A DNA stretch of 61,954 nt, filler included. It is 5 parts of 5 records of this genome, joined end to end, with 100 filler letters (N's around TTAATTAATTAA, not from the genome) between each part and the next. Parts side by side here need not be neighbours in the genome. Positions count along the whole stretch, not along the records: positions 36,189 to 56,751 come from SRR31156797_1031; 4 more parts are not named here. One strand, written 5' to 3'. The notes under the pieces were generated by a model. It was not told where the DNA came from. It saw only the letters and a program-made list of their open reading frames with translations, and did not search any database. Positions 40,342 to 51,398 of the stretch are shown piece by piece (position 1 is the stretch's first letter; the number at the start of each line of letters is the position of its first letter). The translations under genes and the position numbers were made by a program.

Positions 40342-40740
40342 ATGCGGGTGCTGATAGTTGATGATGATTTTTATTGCCGCAATATGTTGCATGAGATCAT
40401 GAAGCCATATGCACAGTGCGATATTGCCGTTAACGGTGAAGAGGCTGTTTTTGCATTTAAGAAGGGGCTTGAATCTGGCAATGCTTATGATCTGGTCTGT
40501 CTGGATCTGGTGATGCCTGAGATGGACGGACAGCAGGCTTTGCGTGAGATCAGGTCCATTGAGAAAGATTTCAAGGTCGAAAACGATGGCGCGGTTAAGG
40601 TCATCGTTACAACCATGCTTGATGACCGCAAGGAGACGCATGATGCGTTCTTTCTTGGTGGAGCGACTTCATATCTTGTTAAGCCCATTGAAGAGAGCAA
40701 GCTTGTGAAGGAGCTTAAAAATCTTGGGTTTTCAGTTTAG
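40342..40740 (+). CDS. Single-domain CheY-like response regulator
   Basis: GGAGG RBS; LIVDDD, LDLVMPEMDG and YLVKP. Confidence 0.9.
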   Translation: MRVLIVDDDFYCRNMLHEIMKPYAQCDIAVNGEEAVFAFKKGLESGNAYDLVCLDLVMPEMDGQQALREIRSIEKDFKVENDGAVKVIVTTMLDDRKETHDAFFLGGATSYLVKPIEESKLVKELKNLGFSV

Positions 40741-40980
40741 TTTGTTTTAACATATTTCAGGATGTAAATTGAGTCCTGTTTTTATATTTTGCCCTGAAAT
40801 CAGGGATGAATCCGCGGCTTTTGCTGCGGATTTTTTTTGCTAAATATTAAAAATTGTTTTATTCAGGGCAATTAGGAATGGAAATCAGAATTGAAGTTCC
40901 TCTGGAAGTGGTCTATTGTGGCCCCTTCATATCAAGTTTTATCCGCCATGTGTTGCGGTTTTATATAAGGTTTTTTAATA

Positions 40981-42309
40981 ATGTCACAAATTTTAGGCGT
41001 TAAATTTAACGATTTCGGACAGATATACTACTTTTCGTCCGGTCCTTTCGTTGTCCGGGAAGGTCATTCAGTTATCGTAAAGACTGAGCAGGGCATGGGG
41101 CTCGGCAAGGTTTTTGTCGTGCAACAGGAACTGCCCGAGGACGTAACCGAGGACTCGATTAAAACCATCTATCGTCTTGCTGGCGAGGAAGACCTTGAAG
41201 CGGAAGCTGAAAACAAGGAACTTTCCCGCACAGCACATAGGTTCTGCAAAAATTGTATTGATCGTCAGAAGCTCGAGATGAAGCTTGTGGATGTTGAAGT
41301 CTTTTTTGATCGCAGCAAGATGATTTTTTACTTTACTGCTCCGGGAAGAATTGATTTCCGTGAGCTGGTCAAGGATCTGGTCAAGGAATACAGGACCCGC
41401 ATTGAACTGCGTCAGATCGGCGTTCGCCATGAAACCCAAATGCTGGGAGCCATTGGTAATTGCGGCCAAATCTGCTGCTGCCGTCGCTTTATGCGCAAGT
41501 TTATGCCGGTAACTATCCGCATGGCCAAAGAACAGAATCTTTTCCTTAATCCGACTAAAATTTCCGGTATTTGCGGCAGGTTGCTTTGCTGCTTGTCGTT
41601 TGAACAGGAAAACTACGAAGATTTTCACCGCAAGAGTCCCAAGACCGGGAAGAAGTATAATACTGTTCACGGTACTGTTCGGGTTACACGGACTAACTTT
41701 TTCAGGAATACCCTGACCGTTTTGCCTGAGCATGGTGATGAGATTGAGATTCCTTTGGACGATTGGCCGGATATGATTAAGTCTTCCGGGCATGATCGTG
41801 GAGGCGAGTCTGATTCCCGTTCTAGCGAACCCCGCAGGGGACGTTCCGAGGGCAAGGATAAAAGTTGGGGAGAACGTGATGGCGGCAGTGCTAGACCGCA
41901 AAAATCTCGTTCTGATCGCGGACGTTCTGACCGTTCAAAATCTGACCGGGGACGCCCTGATCGTTCAAAAAGCGAACGACCCAAATCCGAGCGCCCGAGA
42001 CCTGAGCGTAAGCCTGAACGTGCGAATGTTGACCGGGAAAACGCTGATGAAACAAGAACTTCAGGTGAAAAGCCTGAAGTAAGACAGGAACGTCGCAAGG
42101 ACGACTCCCAGCAACAGGATCGCCGTAGACGTCCTCCCAGAAAGGACCGTCCCCAGAATAAGCCGGAGCAGGAGAAACAGTCTGAGGCTCCTGTTAAATC
42201 TGACGAAAAGGATGAGTCCGGTAAGCCTAAGAAGTCTTCGCGTCGTCGTCCTTCAAGGCGCAGGCGTAAGCGCAAGCCTTCCGGGCAGCGGAAAACTAAA
42301 AGCAATTAA
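40981..42309 (+). CDS. ricT: PSP1/RicT (YaaT) family protein with a long charged disordered C-tail
   Basis: FYFTAPGRIDFRELVKDL, GNCGQICCC and ISGICGRLLCCL motifs; located upstream of metG. Confidence 0.88.
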   Translation: MSQILGVKFNDFGQIYYFSSGPFVVREGHSVIVKTEQGMGLGKVFVVQQELPEDVTEDSIKTIYRLAGEEDLEAEAENKELSRTAHRFCKNCIDRQKLEMKLVDVEVFFDRSKMIFYFTAPGRIDFRELVKDLVKEYRTRIELRQIGVRHETQMLGAIGNCGQICCCRRFMRKFMPVTIRMAKEQNLFLNPTKISGICGRLLCCLSFEQENYEDFHRKSPKTGKKYNTVHGTVRVTRTNFFRNTLTVLPEHGDEIEIPLDDWPDMIKSSGHDRGGESDSRSSEPRRGRSEGKDKSWGERDGGSARPQKSRSDRGRSDRSKSDRGRPDRSKSERPKSERPRPERKPERANVDRENADETRTSGEKPEVRQERRKDDSQQQDRRRRPPRKDRPQNKPEQEKQSEAPVKSDEKDESGKPKKSSRRRPSRRRRKRKPSGQRKTKSN

Positions 42310-42530
42310 TTTGTAAGAATATAAATATTTGCTTATCTTCGGGTTCTTCGCTATATGCGTTCTGCCCGTAAGCAGTAAGCAATCTTACGGCCGGTTGAAA
42401 ATGTTAGTATTCTCACCCGGCTGTTAAGATTTTTTACGCTGTATTCATTTCGGATTTTCATGCGGCAATGGCCGTTTTATATAACCTTTATTAAATCCGA
42501 TTGTTATCACCTTAACAGGAGTGACTGATT

Positions 42531-44471
42531 TTGGATTCGTTTTTTATTACAACTCCCATCTATTATGTTAATGCAAAGCCGCATCTCGGCCATGCCTATA
42601 CAACAATTCTTGCTGATACCATGAAAAGGTTTCACAAGCTGCTGGGAGATGAAACCTTCTTTCTCACCGGAACAGACGAGCACGGTGACAAGATTGTACA
42701 GGCTGCGGAGAAAGGCGGCCAGACACCCCGTGAATACGTCGATGAGATAAGCTCACTGTTCAGCGGCCTGTGGCCCGGTCTGCAGATTGAAAACGACGAT
42801 TTCATCAGGACTACTCAGGAAAGGCACATCAAGTGTGTTCAGGAAGTCCTGCAGAAAGTTTATGATAAAGGTGATATTTATTTCGGTGAATATGGCGGTC
42901 ATTACTGCTTTGGATGTGAAAGATTCTATACCGAGAAAGAACTGGTTGACGGAAAATGTCCGCAGCATGAAACAGTTCCTGAATATATTGCTGAGAAGAA
43001 TTATTTCTTCAAGATGTCCAAGTATCAGGATTGGCTCATCGGACACATCAATGCCAACCCTGATTTTATCCGTCCTGAAAGGTATCGCAATGAAGTCCTG
43101 AGCCTGCTTAAGTCCGGTGAGTTGGAAGATCTTTGTATCTCCCGTCCCAAGAGCCGGTTGGAATGGGGAATCGAGCTACCTTTTGACGATAATTTTGTGA
43201 CTTACGTATGGTTTGATGCGCTCATCAACTATATTACTGCACTTGAATATCCCGAAGGTGAAAAATTTAAGAAATTCTGGCCCAAAGCCAACCATCTTGT
43301 AGCCAAAGATATTCTTAAGCCTCACGCAATCTTTTGGCCTACAATGCTTAAGGCTGCTGAAATTGAGCCTTACCAGCACTTGAATGTGCACGGTTATTGG
43401 CTGATTAAAGACACCAAGATGTCTAAGTCTTTGGGCAACGTTGTTTCTCCGCTGGAAATGGCTGATAAGTACGGTGTGAACGCATTCCGTTACTTCCTGC
43501 TTCGTGAAATGGTTTTTGGTAATGATTCCAGTTTTTCCGAGGAAGCTCTTGTGGGTCGCCTCAATGCTGATCTTGCCAACGACCTTGGCAATCTGTTCAG
43601 CCGTACCCTGTCTATGACCCATAAATATTTTGAGGGTAAGGTTCCTGCTCAGGGTGATGAAGCTGATGAAGACTGCGAAATCAAGAGCCTTGGCCGTAAA
43701 GCCATGGCTGAATTCCAGAATAATTTTATGGACGCTAAATTTTCCCGTGGACTTGAAGGCCTTTGGGAACTTGTGCGTGGCCTGAATAAATATATTGATA
43801 CCACCCAGCCGTGGACTCTTTATAAAGAAGAGAACATGTCCCGCCTTGGTACTGTTATGTATGTCCTGCTTGAGAACATGCGTAAGATCGCAGTTCATCT
43901 CTGGCCTGTTATGCCTGAAGCCAGTGAAAAGATGCTGGAACAGTTGGGTATCAAGTTCGCTCCTGAAAAGGTTAATCTGCAGGGTGAAATCGATGTCTGG
44001 GGTCTGCTTGATCCAGACACCGAAGTTGCCAAGAAATCCAACCTCTTTCCGAGAGTCGAATTGCCCAAGGAAGAACCTGCCCCTAAGAAAAAGGAAGCTA
44101 AGAAATCCAAGAAGCAGTCCAAGCAGGCCAAGGAAGAAATTCCCGGGGTTATTGAGTTCCCTGATTTCCAGAAAGTGGATATGCGTGTTGGAACGGTGCT
44201 TTCCGTAAGTAAGCACCCTGATGCAGATAAGCTTCTGCTGGTCAAGATCGATACCGGCGATGATGAGCCGCGTCAGGTCGTGGCCGGACTGGCTGAATTC
44301 TTCAAGCCCGAAGAACTCGAAGGCCGTCAGGTTGTAGTGGTTGTAAACCTCAAGCCTCGCAAGCTGCGCGGTGAAGTGTCTCAGGGCATGATCCTCGCTG
44401 TGCGTAATGGTGAAGAGATGCAGCTGCTGAGCGTAAGCGCTCCCGTTGCGAACGGATGTAAAATTTCGTAA
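42531..44471 (+). CDS. metG: Methionyl-tRNA synthetase
   Basis: [20 protein letters not shown] and C-terminal tRNA-binding domain; AGGAG RBS with TTG start. Confidence 0.98.
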   Translation: MDSFFITTPIYYVNAKPHLGHAYTTILADTMKRFHKLLGDETFFLTGTDEHGDKIVQAAEKGGQTPREYVDEISSLFSGLWPGLQIENDDFIRTTQERHIKCVQEVLQKVYDKGDIYFGEYGGHYCFGCERFYTEKELVDGKCPQHETVPEYIAEKNYFFKMSKYQDWLIGHINANPDFIRPERYRNEVLSLLKSGELEDLCISRPKSRLEWGIELPFDDNFVTYVWFDALINYITALEYPEGEKFKKFWPKANHLVAKDILKPHAIFWPTMLKAAEIEPYQHLNVHGYWLIKDTKMSKSLGNVVSPLEMADKYGVNAFRYFLLREMVFGNDSSFSEEALVGRLNADLANDLGNLFSRTLSMTHKYFEGKVPAQGDEADEDCEIKSLGRKAMAEFQNNFMDAKFSRGLEGLWELVRGLNKYIDTTQPWTLYKEENMSRLGTVMYVLLENMRKIAVHLWPVMPEASEKMLEQLGIKFAPEKVNLQGEIDVWGLLDPDTEVAKKSNLFPRVELPKEEPAPKKKEAKKSKKQSKQAKEEIPGVIEFPDFQKVDMRVGTVLSVSKHPDADKLLLVKIDTGDDEPRQVVAGLAEFFKPEELEGRQVVVVVNLKPRKLRGEVSQGMILAVRNGEEMQLLSVSAPVANGCKIS

Positions 44472-44494
44472 GCCACAGTCAATAGAATGAAATG

Positions 44495-44532
44495 AAAATG
44501 CCCCGAACTCTTATGAGTGCGGGGCATTTTTT
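44495..44532. terminator. Bidirectional terminator
   Basis: AAAATGCCCCGAACTC-TTAT-GAGTGCGGGGCATTTT. Confidence 0.75.
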
Positions 44533-44556
44533 GTAGATTAGGTTTGGATGATGGAT

Positions 44557-45498
44557 TTAATTTGAAAATTGAAGCTTGAATTCCTGCTCTAGGATTTTCT
44601 TAGCTCGATCCTCATTTTCCGCATAAAGATCTGTATCGAAGAGTGCTTGGTGTCCGCTCCAGTGTTGCGCGACTTTAGATAGATCCTGATGGGCGCAGGT
44701 GTGTCCTTGGTGGTGGACATCTCGAAACCATGCCATTGCTGTGTCATACACGATTCCCAGATTGTTCTGGAATTCCTGCCAATCTTCCCCTTCTTTTAAT
44801 TTGCGTTTAACTCCCTCGAACACATGTGCTCCGAAAGGACGCGCCGGGCCGAATGGAACTGTTGCGGGACGCGCTTTTTCCATATTGATCAAGGCGCACC
44901 ATTCGTTGACCCGGCACGAAGGCAGCGGCCATGGCTTTTTGCGCAGAGAAGGGCAGACCATATAATTAGAAACGTCAGTCGGAAGATAACCCTTGGGGTC
45001 GCTAGCAATAGCTATGAATTCTTTCAAGGTAGGGCGGTATTCCAAATATTTTTCCGGTGAACATAATTTATGATGAAATGCCGGACATTGGCAGCATAAT
45101 CCGATTTCTCCGGCAGCTATGCAGTCACCGATTCCATCCATGAGAAGTTTTACGGGGTCTGCTGTAAAATAGACATCGTTGTGAACAGTCAGCACATAAT
45201 CTTTATCTGTGTTTTCCCATCCGTATTGATAGCGGATTGAGTGGCGGTAGTTGTCGTCTGTAAGCAGACTTTCTTCAATATGATTGATCCAGCGCCAGTC
45301 TGAGGGTTGATAAAGGGTTAAATTGTTCAGCAGATCCAATATGAATTGCCTGCCTAAAACTTGTGTTTCCTTCGGACGATCCTGCACAAACCAAATGCGG
45401 TCAATCCATTGCCCGCTATGTTTCATCAATGAGAGCAGGGAAAGGGCTGTTTGAAACGGTTTGCCGTAAGCATTAATGAGAACGTCAATCTTTTTCAT
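44557..45498 (-). CDS. Hypothetical protein, possibly GT-A-fold glycosyltransferase-like
   Basis: IDVLINAYGKP..LLSL N-terminus and YVLTVHNDVYF (DxD-like position) pattern, with a Cys-rich insert. Confidence 0.6.
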   Translation of the reverse strand: MKKIDVLINAYGKPFQTALSLLSLMKHSGQWIDRIWFVQDRPKETQVLGRQFILDLLNNLTLYQPSDWRWINHIEESLLTDDNYRHSIRYQYGWENTDKDYVLTVHNDVYFTADPVKLLMDGIGDCIAAGEIGLCCQCPAFHHKLCSPEKYLEYRPTLKEFIAIASDPKGYLPTDVSNYMVCPSLRKKPWPLPSCRVNEWCALINMEKARPATVPFGPARPFGAHVFEGVKRKLKEGEDWQEFQNNLGIVYDTAMAWFRDVHHQGHTCAHQDLSKVAQHWSGHQALFDTDLYAENEDRAKKILEQEFKLQFSN

Positions 45499-45547
45499 AT
45501 CGGAGTCCAAGGCTGGCAAGTTTGTGGATTATGCTGATACTTGGAAA

Positions 45548-45781
45548 TTAAAGCTGACCATAATGGGGCGGAGGTACGTCGTCCTGTGGTGAGGCGTAGT
45601 CCACGGCTTCCTTGAGGTCTTTCATCTGTCTGACCATCAGTTCAAGTTTCTTTTCGAGGTCGCCGATCTGTTTCTGCTGGGCGATAACGAATTTATTCAA
45701 CTCTTCAACGGTCTGGTCTTGAAGCGCTAGTGCGGTTTCAAGACTTTCTATTCTTTCTTCGGTAGATTTTATATTGCTCAT
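45548..45781 (-). CDS. slyX: SlyX family protein
   Basis: RIESLETALALQDQTVEELN coiled coil and C-terminal PPPHY. Confidence 0.9.
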   Translation of the reverse strand: MSNIKSTEERIESLETALALQDQTVEELNKFVIAQQKQIGDLEKKLELMVRQMKDLKEAVDYASPQDDVPPPHYGQL

Positions 45782-45839
45782 GGCTGAAAAATGCCAGAAG
45801 AGCCGGGGGAAGGCAAATAAAACGAGGAGGGTGAGAAAA

Positions 45840-46106
45840 TTAAGCTTTGGTCTTTTTAGGCAGGTCGTAAGGAATATCAGCACCATTGATGACCAGATCT
45901 ACAACCCGGCCCTCAGTGCGCTCGACGAAATCTTTGTAACCTTTAAGGGAATTCATGGTTGCTACGATGTCTTCTGTGTTGGACCAGACTCCGTATGTTG
46001 CTTTATTTTGGTCATGTATTCTTTTCATTTCCAGAATGGTAAGTGACCACCATGATCGGTCATTGGCGAGAAGTTCAAGAGATTGCCATTTTGCATCTGA
46101 ACCCAT
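45840..46106 (-). CDS. Small hypothetical protein
   Basis: GAGG RBS, 88 aa, co-oriented between feoA and slyX. Confidence 0.65.
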   Translation of the reverse strand: MGSDAKWQSLELLANDRSWWSLTILEMKRIHDQNKATYGVWSNTEDIVATMNSLKGYKDFVERTEGRVVDLVINGADIPYDLPKKTKA

Positions 46107-46150
46107 GACTAAATCCTCTTGATTTGGTGAAAATTATTGTTGCGTGTATA

Positions 46151-46423
46151 TTAGAACGCACTGCATTTGTCGCAGTCACAGACGGGAATAGCCATGATCT
46201 TGTTGGCCATTTCACAGCCGATGGCATACTGGGAGCTGCGCACCCGTATATTCATACGGCCGTTATTGTTAATAATGTCAACTATTGTTCCGGGGATTAT
46301 GCCCATGGAAAGAAGCCTGCCACGGCAGCACCTTCCGGCATCAAATCCGGTTACCCTGACCGACATTCCGCTTTTGTAGCTGGATAGCGGCCTTGCGTTT
46401 GCTGTATTTGCCATTACGTTCAT
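46151..46423 (-). CDS. feoA: Ferrous iron transport protein A (stand-alone)
   Basis: RGRLLSMGIIPGT..V..S.YAIG..MA.KI FeoA motif; start may be 46423 or 46414. Confidence 0.85.
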   Translation of the reverse strand: MNVMANTANARPLSSYKSGMSVRVTGFDAGRCCRGRLLSMGIIPGTIVDIINNNGRMNIRVRSSQYAIGCEMANKIMAIPVCDCDKCSAF

Positions 46424-46426
46424 TGC

Positions 46427-46461
46427 AATTGAAATTTAAAGTCAGTTGTGCCATTTGTCAA
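46427..46461 (-). promoter_or_regulatory. feoA promoter with overlapping Fur-like box
   Basis: Minus strand TTGACA-N17-TAAATT; imperfect palindrome AATTGAAATTTAAAGTCAGTT (46427-46447) covers the -10. Confidence 0.6.
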
Positions 46462-46594
46462 TGGCGTGGAGAGATTATCATACAAATAAGGTAGGCAACT
46501 CTATGCTTGCTCATCTGCGAGTAATGATTTATGTCTTTCTGTCTCACCACAAGTCCTAACGCCAATATTTCAAAACCATTATTGGATGGAGTTC

Positions 46595-49500
46595 ATGCCT
46601 AAACGCACTGATATCAAGAAAATTATGCTCATCGGCTCCGGGCCGATCGTCATTGGTCAGGCCTGCGAGTTTGACTATTCCGGTACTCAGGCTCTCAAAG
46701 CCCTTAAAGAAGAGGGGTACGAGGTTATTCTCGTCAACTCTAACCCCGCAACCATCATGACCGATCCTGTTTTAGCAGATCGAACATACATTGAACCCAT
46801 CGAACCTGGCACCATTGCCAAAATCATAGAAAAAGAACGACCGGACGCACTGTTGCCCACCCTTGGCGGTCAGACCGCTCTGAATACCGCACTTGCCGTT
46901 GCTGAAATGGGCGTGCTCGAGAAATTCGGTGTGGAACTGATTGGTGCCTCTGTTGATGTAATTGAAAAAGCTGAGAGTCGCGAGCTTTTCCGTGCAGCCA
47001 TGGAAAAAATCGGTCTCAAGGTTCCCACCAGCCGTATTGCCCGCAATATTGATGATGTCCGCCGCTGTGGTAAGGAAATTGATTTTCCCATCATCATCCG
47101 TCCTGCCTTTACCCTTGGCGGTACTGGCGGCGGTGTGGCCTACAATATGGAAGACCTTGAAGATATCGCCATGCAGGGTATCTCCGCCAGTCTTCAGAGT
47201 GAGGTCATGCTTGAGGAGTCCATCCTCGGCTGGAAGGAATACGAGCTGGAGGTGATGCGTGACCGCAAGGATAACTGCGTAATCATCTGTTCCATTGAAA
47301 ACATCGATCCCATGGGTGTGCATACCGGTGACTCCATCACTGTTGCTCCTGCTCAGACTTTGACTGATGTTGAATACCAGATGCTCAGAGATGCTTCTCT
47401 TGCGATTATGCGTGAGATCGGTGTTGAAACAGGTGGTTCAAACGTGCAGTTTGCAATCAATCCGGAGAACGGCGAGCTGGCCATCATTGAGATGAACCCT
47501 CGTGTTTCCCGTTCTTCCGCACTTGCTTCCAAGGCAACCGGATTCCCCATTGCAAAGATCGCAGCAAAGCTCGCCGTTGGTTACACCCTCGATGAGATTC
47601 CCAACGATATTACCCGTGAGACAATGGCGTCCTTTGAGCCGACCATTGACTATTGCGTAATTAAGATCCCAAGATTTACTTTTGAGAAATTCCCCGGTTC
47701 CGAAGATTACCTGACCACCGCCATGAAGAGTGTCGGTGAGACCATGGCGATCGGCAGAACCTTTAAAGAATGTTTACAGAAAGGTCTTCGTTCTCTTGAA
47801 GTTGGAATGCCCGGTTTTGGTAAGGTTTTCGAACCCAGTGATATCGACCATGATGAACTGGTCGCTCTGATCCGCAAGCCTAATTCCAAGCGCATGTTTT
47901 TCCTGCGTGAGGCTTTTCTTGCAGGTATGACCCTTGAGGAAATTTTCGATATCACCAAGATTGATCCTTGGTACCTGCACCAGTTCGAAGATTTGGTAAC
48001 TTTCGAAAAAGAACTCAGGGAATTCTCCCTTGAAATCGGTTTGTACTCCGGTGACGAGCGTGTTCCTGCAATGTTCAAGAAAGCCAAAGAATACGGATAT
48101 TCCGATCCGCAGCTGGCAACCATGTGGAGAGAGTCCGAGAAGAATGTCCGTGAATTCAGAAAGAATCTCGGCTTAATTCCTACTTACTACCTGGTTGACA
48201 CCTGTGCTGCGGAATTTGAGGCTTACACACCTTATTTTTATTCCACCTACGAGTCTGGTCAGGAAGCGGAATCCATGAAGGAACGCAAGGTCATGATTCT
48301 CGGTGGCGGTCCTAACAGGATTGGACAGGGTATTGAGTTTGATTATTGTTGCTGTCATTCCGCTTTTGCGCTGGAAGACATGGGCGTGAAATCAATTATG
48401 GTCAACTCCAACCCGGAGACCGTATCCACTGACTACGATACTTCCGACAGACTTTATTTTGAGCCGCTCACTTACGAAGATGTGCTTAACATTATCGAGT
48501 TTGAAAAGCCTGAAGGCGTCATTGTCCAGTTTGGTGGACAGACTCCTCTGAACCTCGCTATTCCTTTACTTAAGGCTGGGGTTCCCATTCTCGGAACTTC
48601 TCCTGATGCTATTGATCGCGCAGAAGACAGGGAAAGATTTCAGGCATTGCTCCAGAAGCTTGACCTTAAACAGCCGCCAAACGGAACCGCCATGTCCCTT
48701 AATGACGCTAAGGCTATTGCCGAACGTCTCGGGTATCCGCTGGTGTTGCGTCCTTCTTATGTTCTTGGCGGACGTGGAATGGATATCGTATACAGTGATG
48801 AGGAATTTGATTCTTACTTCCGCGAGGCAGCAGTTGTTTCACCGGAACATCCCATTCTCATCGACAAGTTCCTTGAGAACGCAGTTGAAGTGGATGTTGA
48901 TGCCCTTTCCGATGGTGAGCAGACCTACGTTGCCGGAGTAATGGAGCACATTGAGGAAGCTGGAATCCACTCCGGCGACTCCGCTTGCGTACTGCCTCCG
49001 CATACTTTAAGCGAGGAGCTCGTTGCTGAGATTGAACGGCAGACCGTGGCCCTTGCTGAAGAGCTGGAAATTGTAGGTCTGATGAATATTCAGTTCGCGG
49101 TTAAAGACGGTGATGTTTACATTATTGAAGTAAACCCCCGTGCATCCAGAACCGTGCCTTTTGTAAGTAAAGCTACCGGTATCCAGCTTGCCAAGATGGC
49201 AACCAAGGTGATGCTCGGTGAAAAGCTCAAGGATCTCGATCCTTGGTCCATGCGTAAGGAAGGGTTCTACTCTGTTAAAGAAGCGGTATTCCCGTTTAAC
49301 AGATTCCCCAACGTAGACGTAATGCTCGGACCCGAGATGCGTTCAACCGGTGAAGTTATGGGGATGGATTACACTCCCGGTCTTGCTTTTATGAAGGCCC
49401 AGCTGGGAGCAGGGATCAAACTTCCCATGGAAGGAACAGTCTTTATTTCTGTGAAAGATCGGGATAAAGAAGCGATTCTTCCTACTGCCAGAAACTTTGA

Positions 49501-49828
49501 GAAACTCGGATTTAAGATTTTGGCTACCGGGGGAACTGCACGATTCCTGTTTGAAAACGGAATCGCCACCAAGAAAATTCTTAAGGTTAACGAAGGTCGT
49601 CCGCACGTTGTTGATTATATCAAGAACGGGGACATCGACCTTTTAATCAACACCCCGTCCGGGAAGCAGACAGTTTCCGACTCCAAGGAGATCAGGCAGA
49701 CAACATTGCTTCACGGACTGGCATATACAACCACTGTCGCGGGTGCTCACGCCATGAGTTTGGCAATTGAAGAGCAACGCGGCAAAGGGCTTGATGTGCA
49801 GTGCTTACAGCACTACCATGATATGTAA
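46595..49828 (+). CDS. carB: Carbamoyl-phosphate synthase large subunit
   Basis: [20 protein letters not shown], duplicated ATP-grasp domains and MGS domain. Confidence 0.98.
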   Translation: MPKRTDIKKIMLIGSGPIVIGQACEFDYSGTQALKALKEEGYEVILVNSNPATIMTDPVLADRTYIEPIEPGTIAKIIEKERPDALLPTLGGQTALNTALAVAEMGVLEKFGVELIGASVDVIEKAESRELFRAAMEKIGLKVPTSRIARNIDDVRRCGKEIDFPIIIRPAFTLGGTGGGVAYNMEDLEDIAMQGISASLQSEVMLEESILGWKEYELEVMRDRKDNCVIICSIENIDPMGVHTGDSITVAPAQTLTDVEYQMLRDASLAIMREIGVETGGSNVQFAINPENGELAIIEMNPRVSRSSALASKATGFPIAKIAAKLAVGYTLDEIPNDITRETMASFEPTIDYCVIKIPRFTFEKFPGSEDYLTTAMKSVGETMAIGRTFKECLQKGLRSLEVGMPGFGKVFEPSDIDHDELVALIRKPNSKRMFFLREAFLAGMTLEEIFDITKIDPWYLHQFEDLVTFEKELREFSLEIGLYSGDERVPAMFKKAKEYGYSDPQLATMWRESEKNVREFRKNLGLIPTYYLVDTCAAEFEAYTPYFYSTYESGQEAESMKERKVMILGGGPNRIGQGIEFDYCCCHSAFALEDMGVKSIMVNSNPETVSTDYDTSDRLYFEPLTYEDVLNIIEFEKPEGVIVQFGGQTPLNLAIPLLKAGVPILGTSPDAIDRAEDRERFQALLQKLDLKQPPNGTAMSLNDAKAIAERLGYPLVLRPSYVLGGRGMDIVYSDEEFDSYFREAAVVSPEHPILIDKFLENAVEVDVDALSDGEQTYVAGVMEHIEEAGIHSGDSACVLPPHTLSEELVAEIERQTVALAEELEIVGLMNIQFAVKDGDVYIIEVNPRASRTVPFVSKATGIQLAKMATKVMLGEKLKDLDPWSMRKEGFYSVKEAVFPFNRFPNVDVMLGPEMRSTGEVMGMDYTPGLAFMKAQLGAGIKLPMEGTVFISVKDRDKEAILPTARNFEKLGFKILATGGTARFLFENGIATKKILKVNEGRPHVVDYIKNGDIDLLINTPSGKQTVSDSKEIRQTTLLHGLAYTTTVAGAHAMSLAIEEQRGKGLDVQCLQHYHDM

Positions 49829-49991
49829 AAAGTATAGAAACAGGAGAACGGACCGGGCTTAACGCGCGGTCCTTTTCCTTTTTAGGGATATTCCAGTGGG
49901 CTTCACAGGCCTCGGAGTTCCCATTCGTATTGGTTTGTTTTGCAAAAAACGTAGCAGTAATTTTAAAGCTTACATTGCAAGAGCAGGAAAG

Positions 49992-51383
49992 ATGAAAAAA
50001 GAATATTGCGGACTGTTCGGGATTTATGGACATCCTGAAGCAGCAAGAATGACATACTTTGGCCTTTATGCCATGCAGCATCGCGGGCAGGAATCTGCCG
50101 GGATTGTTACCTGGGATGGCACAAGCATCCGTGAGCAGAAGGGCATGGGCCTTGTTGCTGATGTGTTCAATGAGCGTCATCTGGGCAAAGAACTTAAAGG
50201 CGACATTGGTGTCGGACATATCCGTTATTCCACAACCGGTGCTTCTCTTATCAGGAACGCGCAGCCTTTTCTCGTCAAGTTTGGCGATTTGCATCTGGCT
50301 ATCGCCCATAACGGGAACCTCGTAAACACCCTTGAGCTGCGTAAGGAGCTTGAGGCACAGGGATCTATTTTCCAGACCACTATGGATTCCGAGGTTTTTG
50401 TTCACCTGATTGCTAAGAATCTTAACGGCAATACTATCGAAGACGCTGTCATGAAGGCTTGCCGTAAGGTTAAGGGGGCATTCTCCCTGCTGATTATGGC
50501 TAATGATAAGCTTATTGCTGTAAAGGATCCCAATGGCTTCCGTCCGCTGGCTATTGGCCGCGTGGGTGATAATTATGCTTTTGCTTCCGAGACCTGTGCA
50601 TTTGACCTGATTGATGCTGAGGAAATTCGTCCCGTTAATGCCGGGGAAATGGTTGTTGTGGAAGGTGGTAAACTGACTTCCTACACCTATTGCGAAAGTG
50701 CTCCCAAGCGTCAGTGTATTTTTGAACTTATTTATTTTGCACGTCCGGACTCCACAGTTTTCGGTGAAGTCGTTTATGAGAGACGTAAGAAAATGGGTGC
50801 GGTTTTGGCTGAGGAACATCCCGTTGATGTTGATTTTGTCATGCCGTTTCCCGACTCCGGTAACTATGCCGCTGTAGGGTATTCCCAGCAATCCGGCCTG
50901 CCCCTTGAGCTGGCCATGATCCGTAACCATTATGTGGGCCGAACTTTTATTCAGCCCTCTCAGGATATGCGTGACTTCAGCGTGCGGGTGAAGCTCAACC
51001 CGGTAAAATCCATGATCAAGGGCAAAAAGATTATGATCGTGGAAGATTCCATTGTGCGTGGAACCACCACCCGGACCAGAGTTAAAAAGCTGCGCGAGCT
51101 TGGTGCACGCGAGATTCACATGCGGGTCAGCTGCCCGCCGATCCGCTTCCCTTGCTACTACGGTATTGATTTCTCCTCCAAGGGAGAACTTATTGCCGCT
51201 AACAGCACTGAAGAGGAAATCGCACGTTTCCTCGGCCTTGATTCCCTGCACTATCTGTCTATTGACGGGCTGCTCAGTTCAGTGGAAGAAAAGGATTCTT
51301 ATTGTCTTGCATGTTTCAATGGTGATTATCCCATTGCTCCCTGCAAGGGATACGGTAAAATGTGCCTTGAGAATGAAGAATAA
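49992..51383 (+). CDS. purF: Amidophosphoribosyltransferase
   Basis: CGLFG, QHRGQE, GHIRYST and EDSIVRGTT motifs; ATG at 49992. Confidence 0.97.
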   Translation: MKKEYCGLFGIYGHPEAARMTYFGLYAMQHRGQESAGIVTWDGTSIREQKGMGLVADVFNERHLGKELKGDIGVGHIRYSTTGASLIRNAQPFLVKFGDLHLAIAHNGNLVNTLELRKELEAQGSIFQTTMDSEVFVHLIAKNLNGNTIEDAVMKACRKVKGAFSLLIMANDKLIAVKDPNGFRPLAIGRVGDNYAFASETCAFDLIDAEEIRPVNAGEMVVVEGGKLTSYTYCESAPKRQCIFELIYFARPDSTVFGEVVYERRKKMGAVLAEEHPVDVDFVMPFPDSGNYAAVGYSQQSGLPLELAMIRNHYVGRTFIQPSQDMRDFSVRVKLNPVKSMIKGKKIMIVEDSIVRGTTTRTRVKKLRELGAREIHMRVSCPPIRFPCYYGIDFSSKGELIAANSTEEEIARFLGLDSLHYLSIDGLLSSVEEKDSYCLACFNGDYPIAPCKGYGKMCLENEE

Positions 51384-51398
51384 ATTTACCGGGAGTCT

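Noticed and set aside
41068..42305. Two long antisense ORFs (277 and 212 aa)
   Set aside because: Shadows of ricT and its low-complexity tail.
43176..44216. 346-aa antisense ORF
   Set aside because: Shadow of metG.
49692..51251. 519-aa antisense ORF
   Set aside because: Shadow of purF on the opposite strand with no recognisable motifs.
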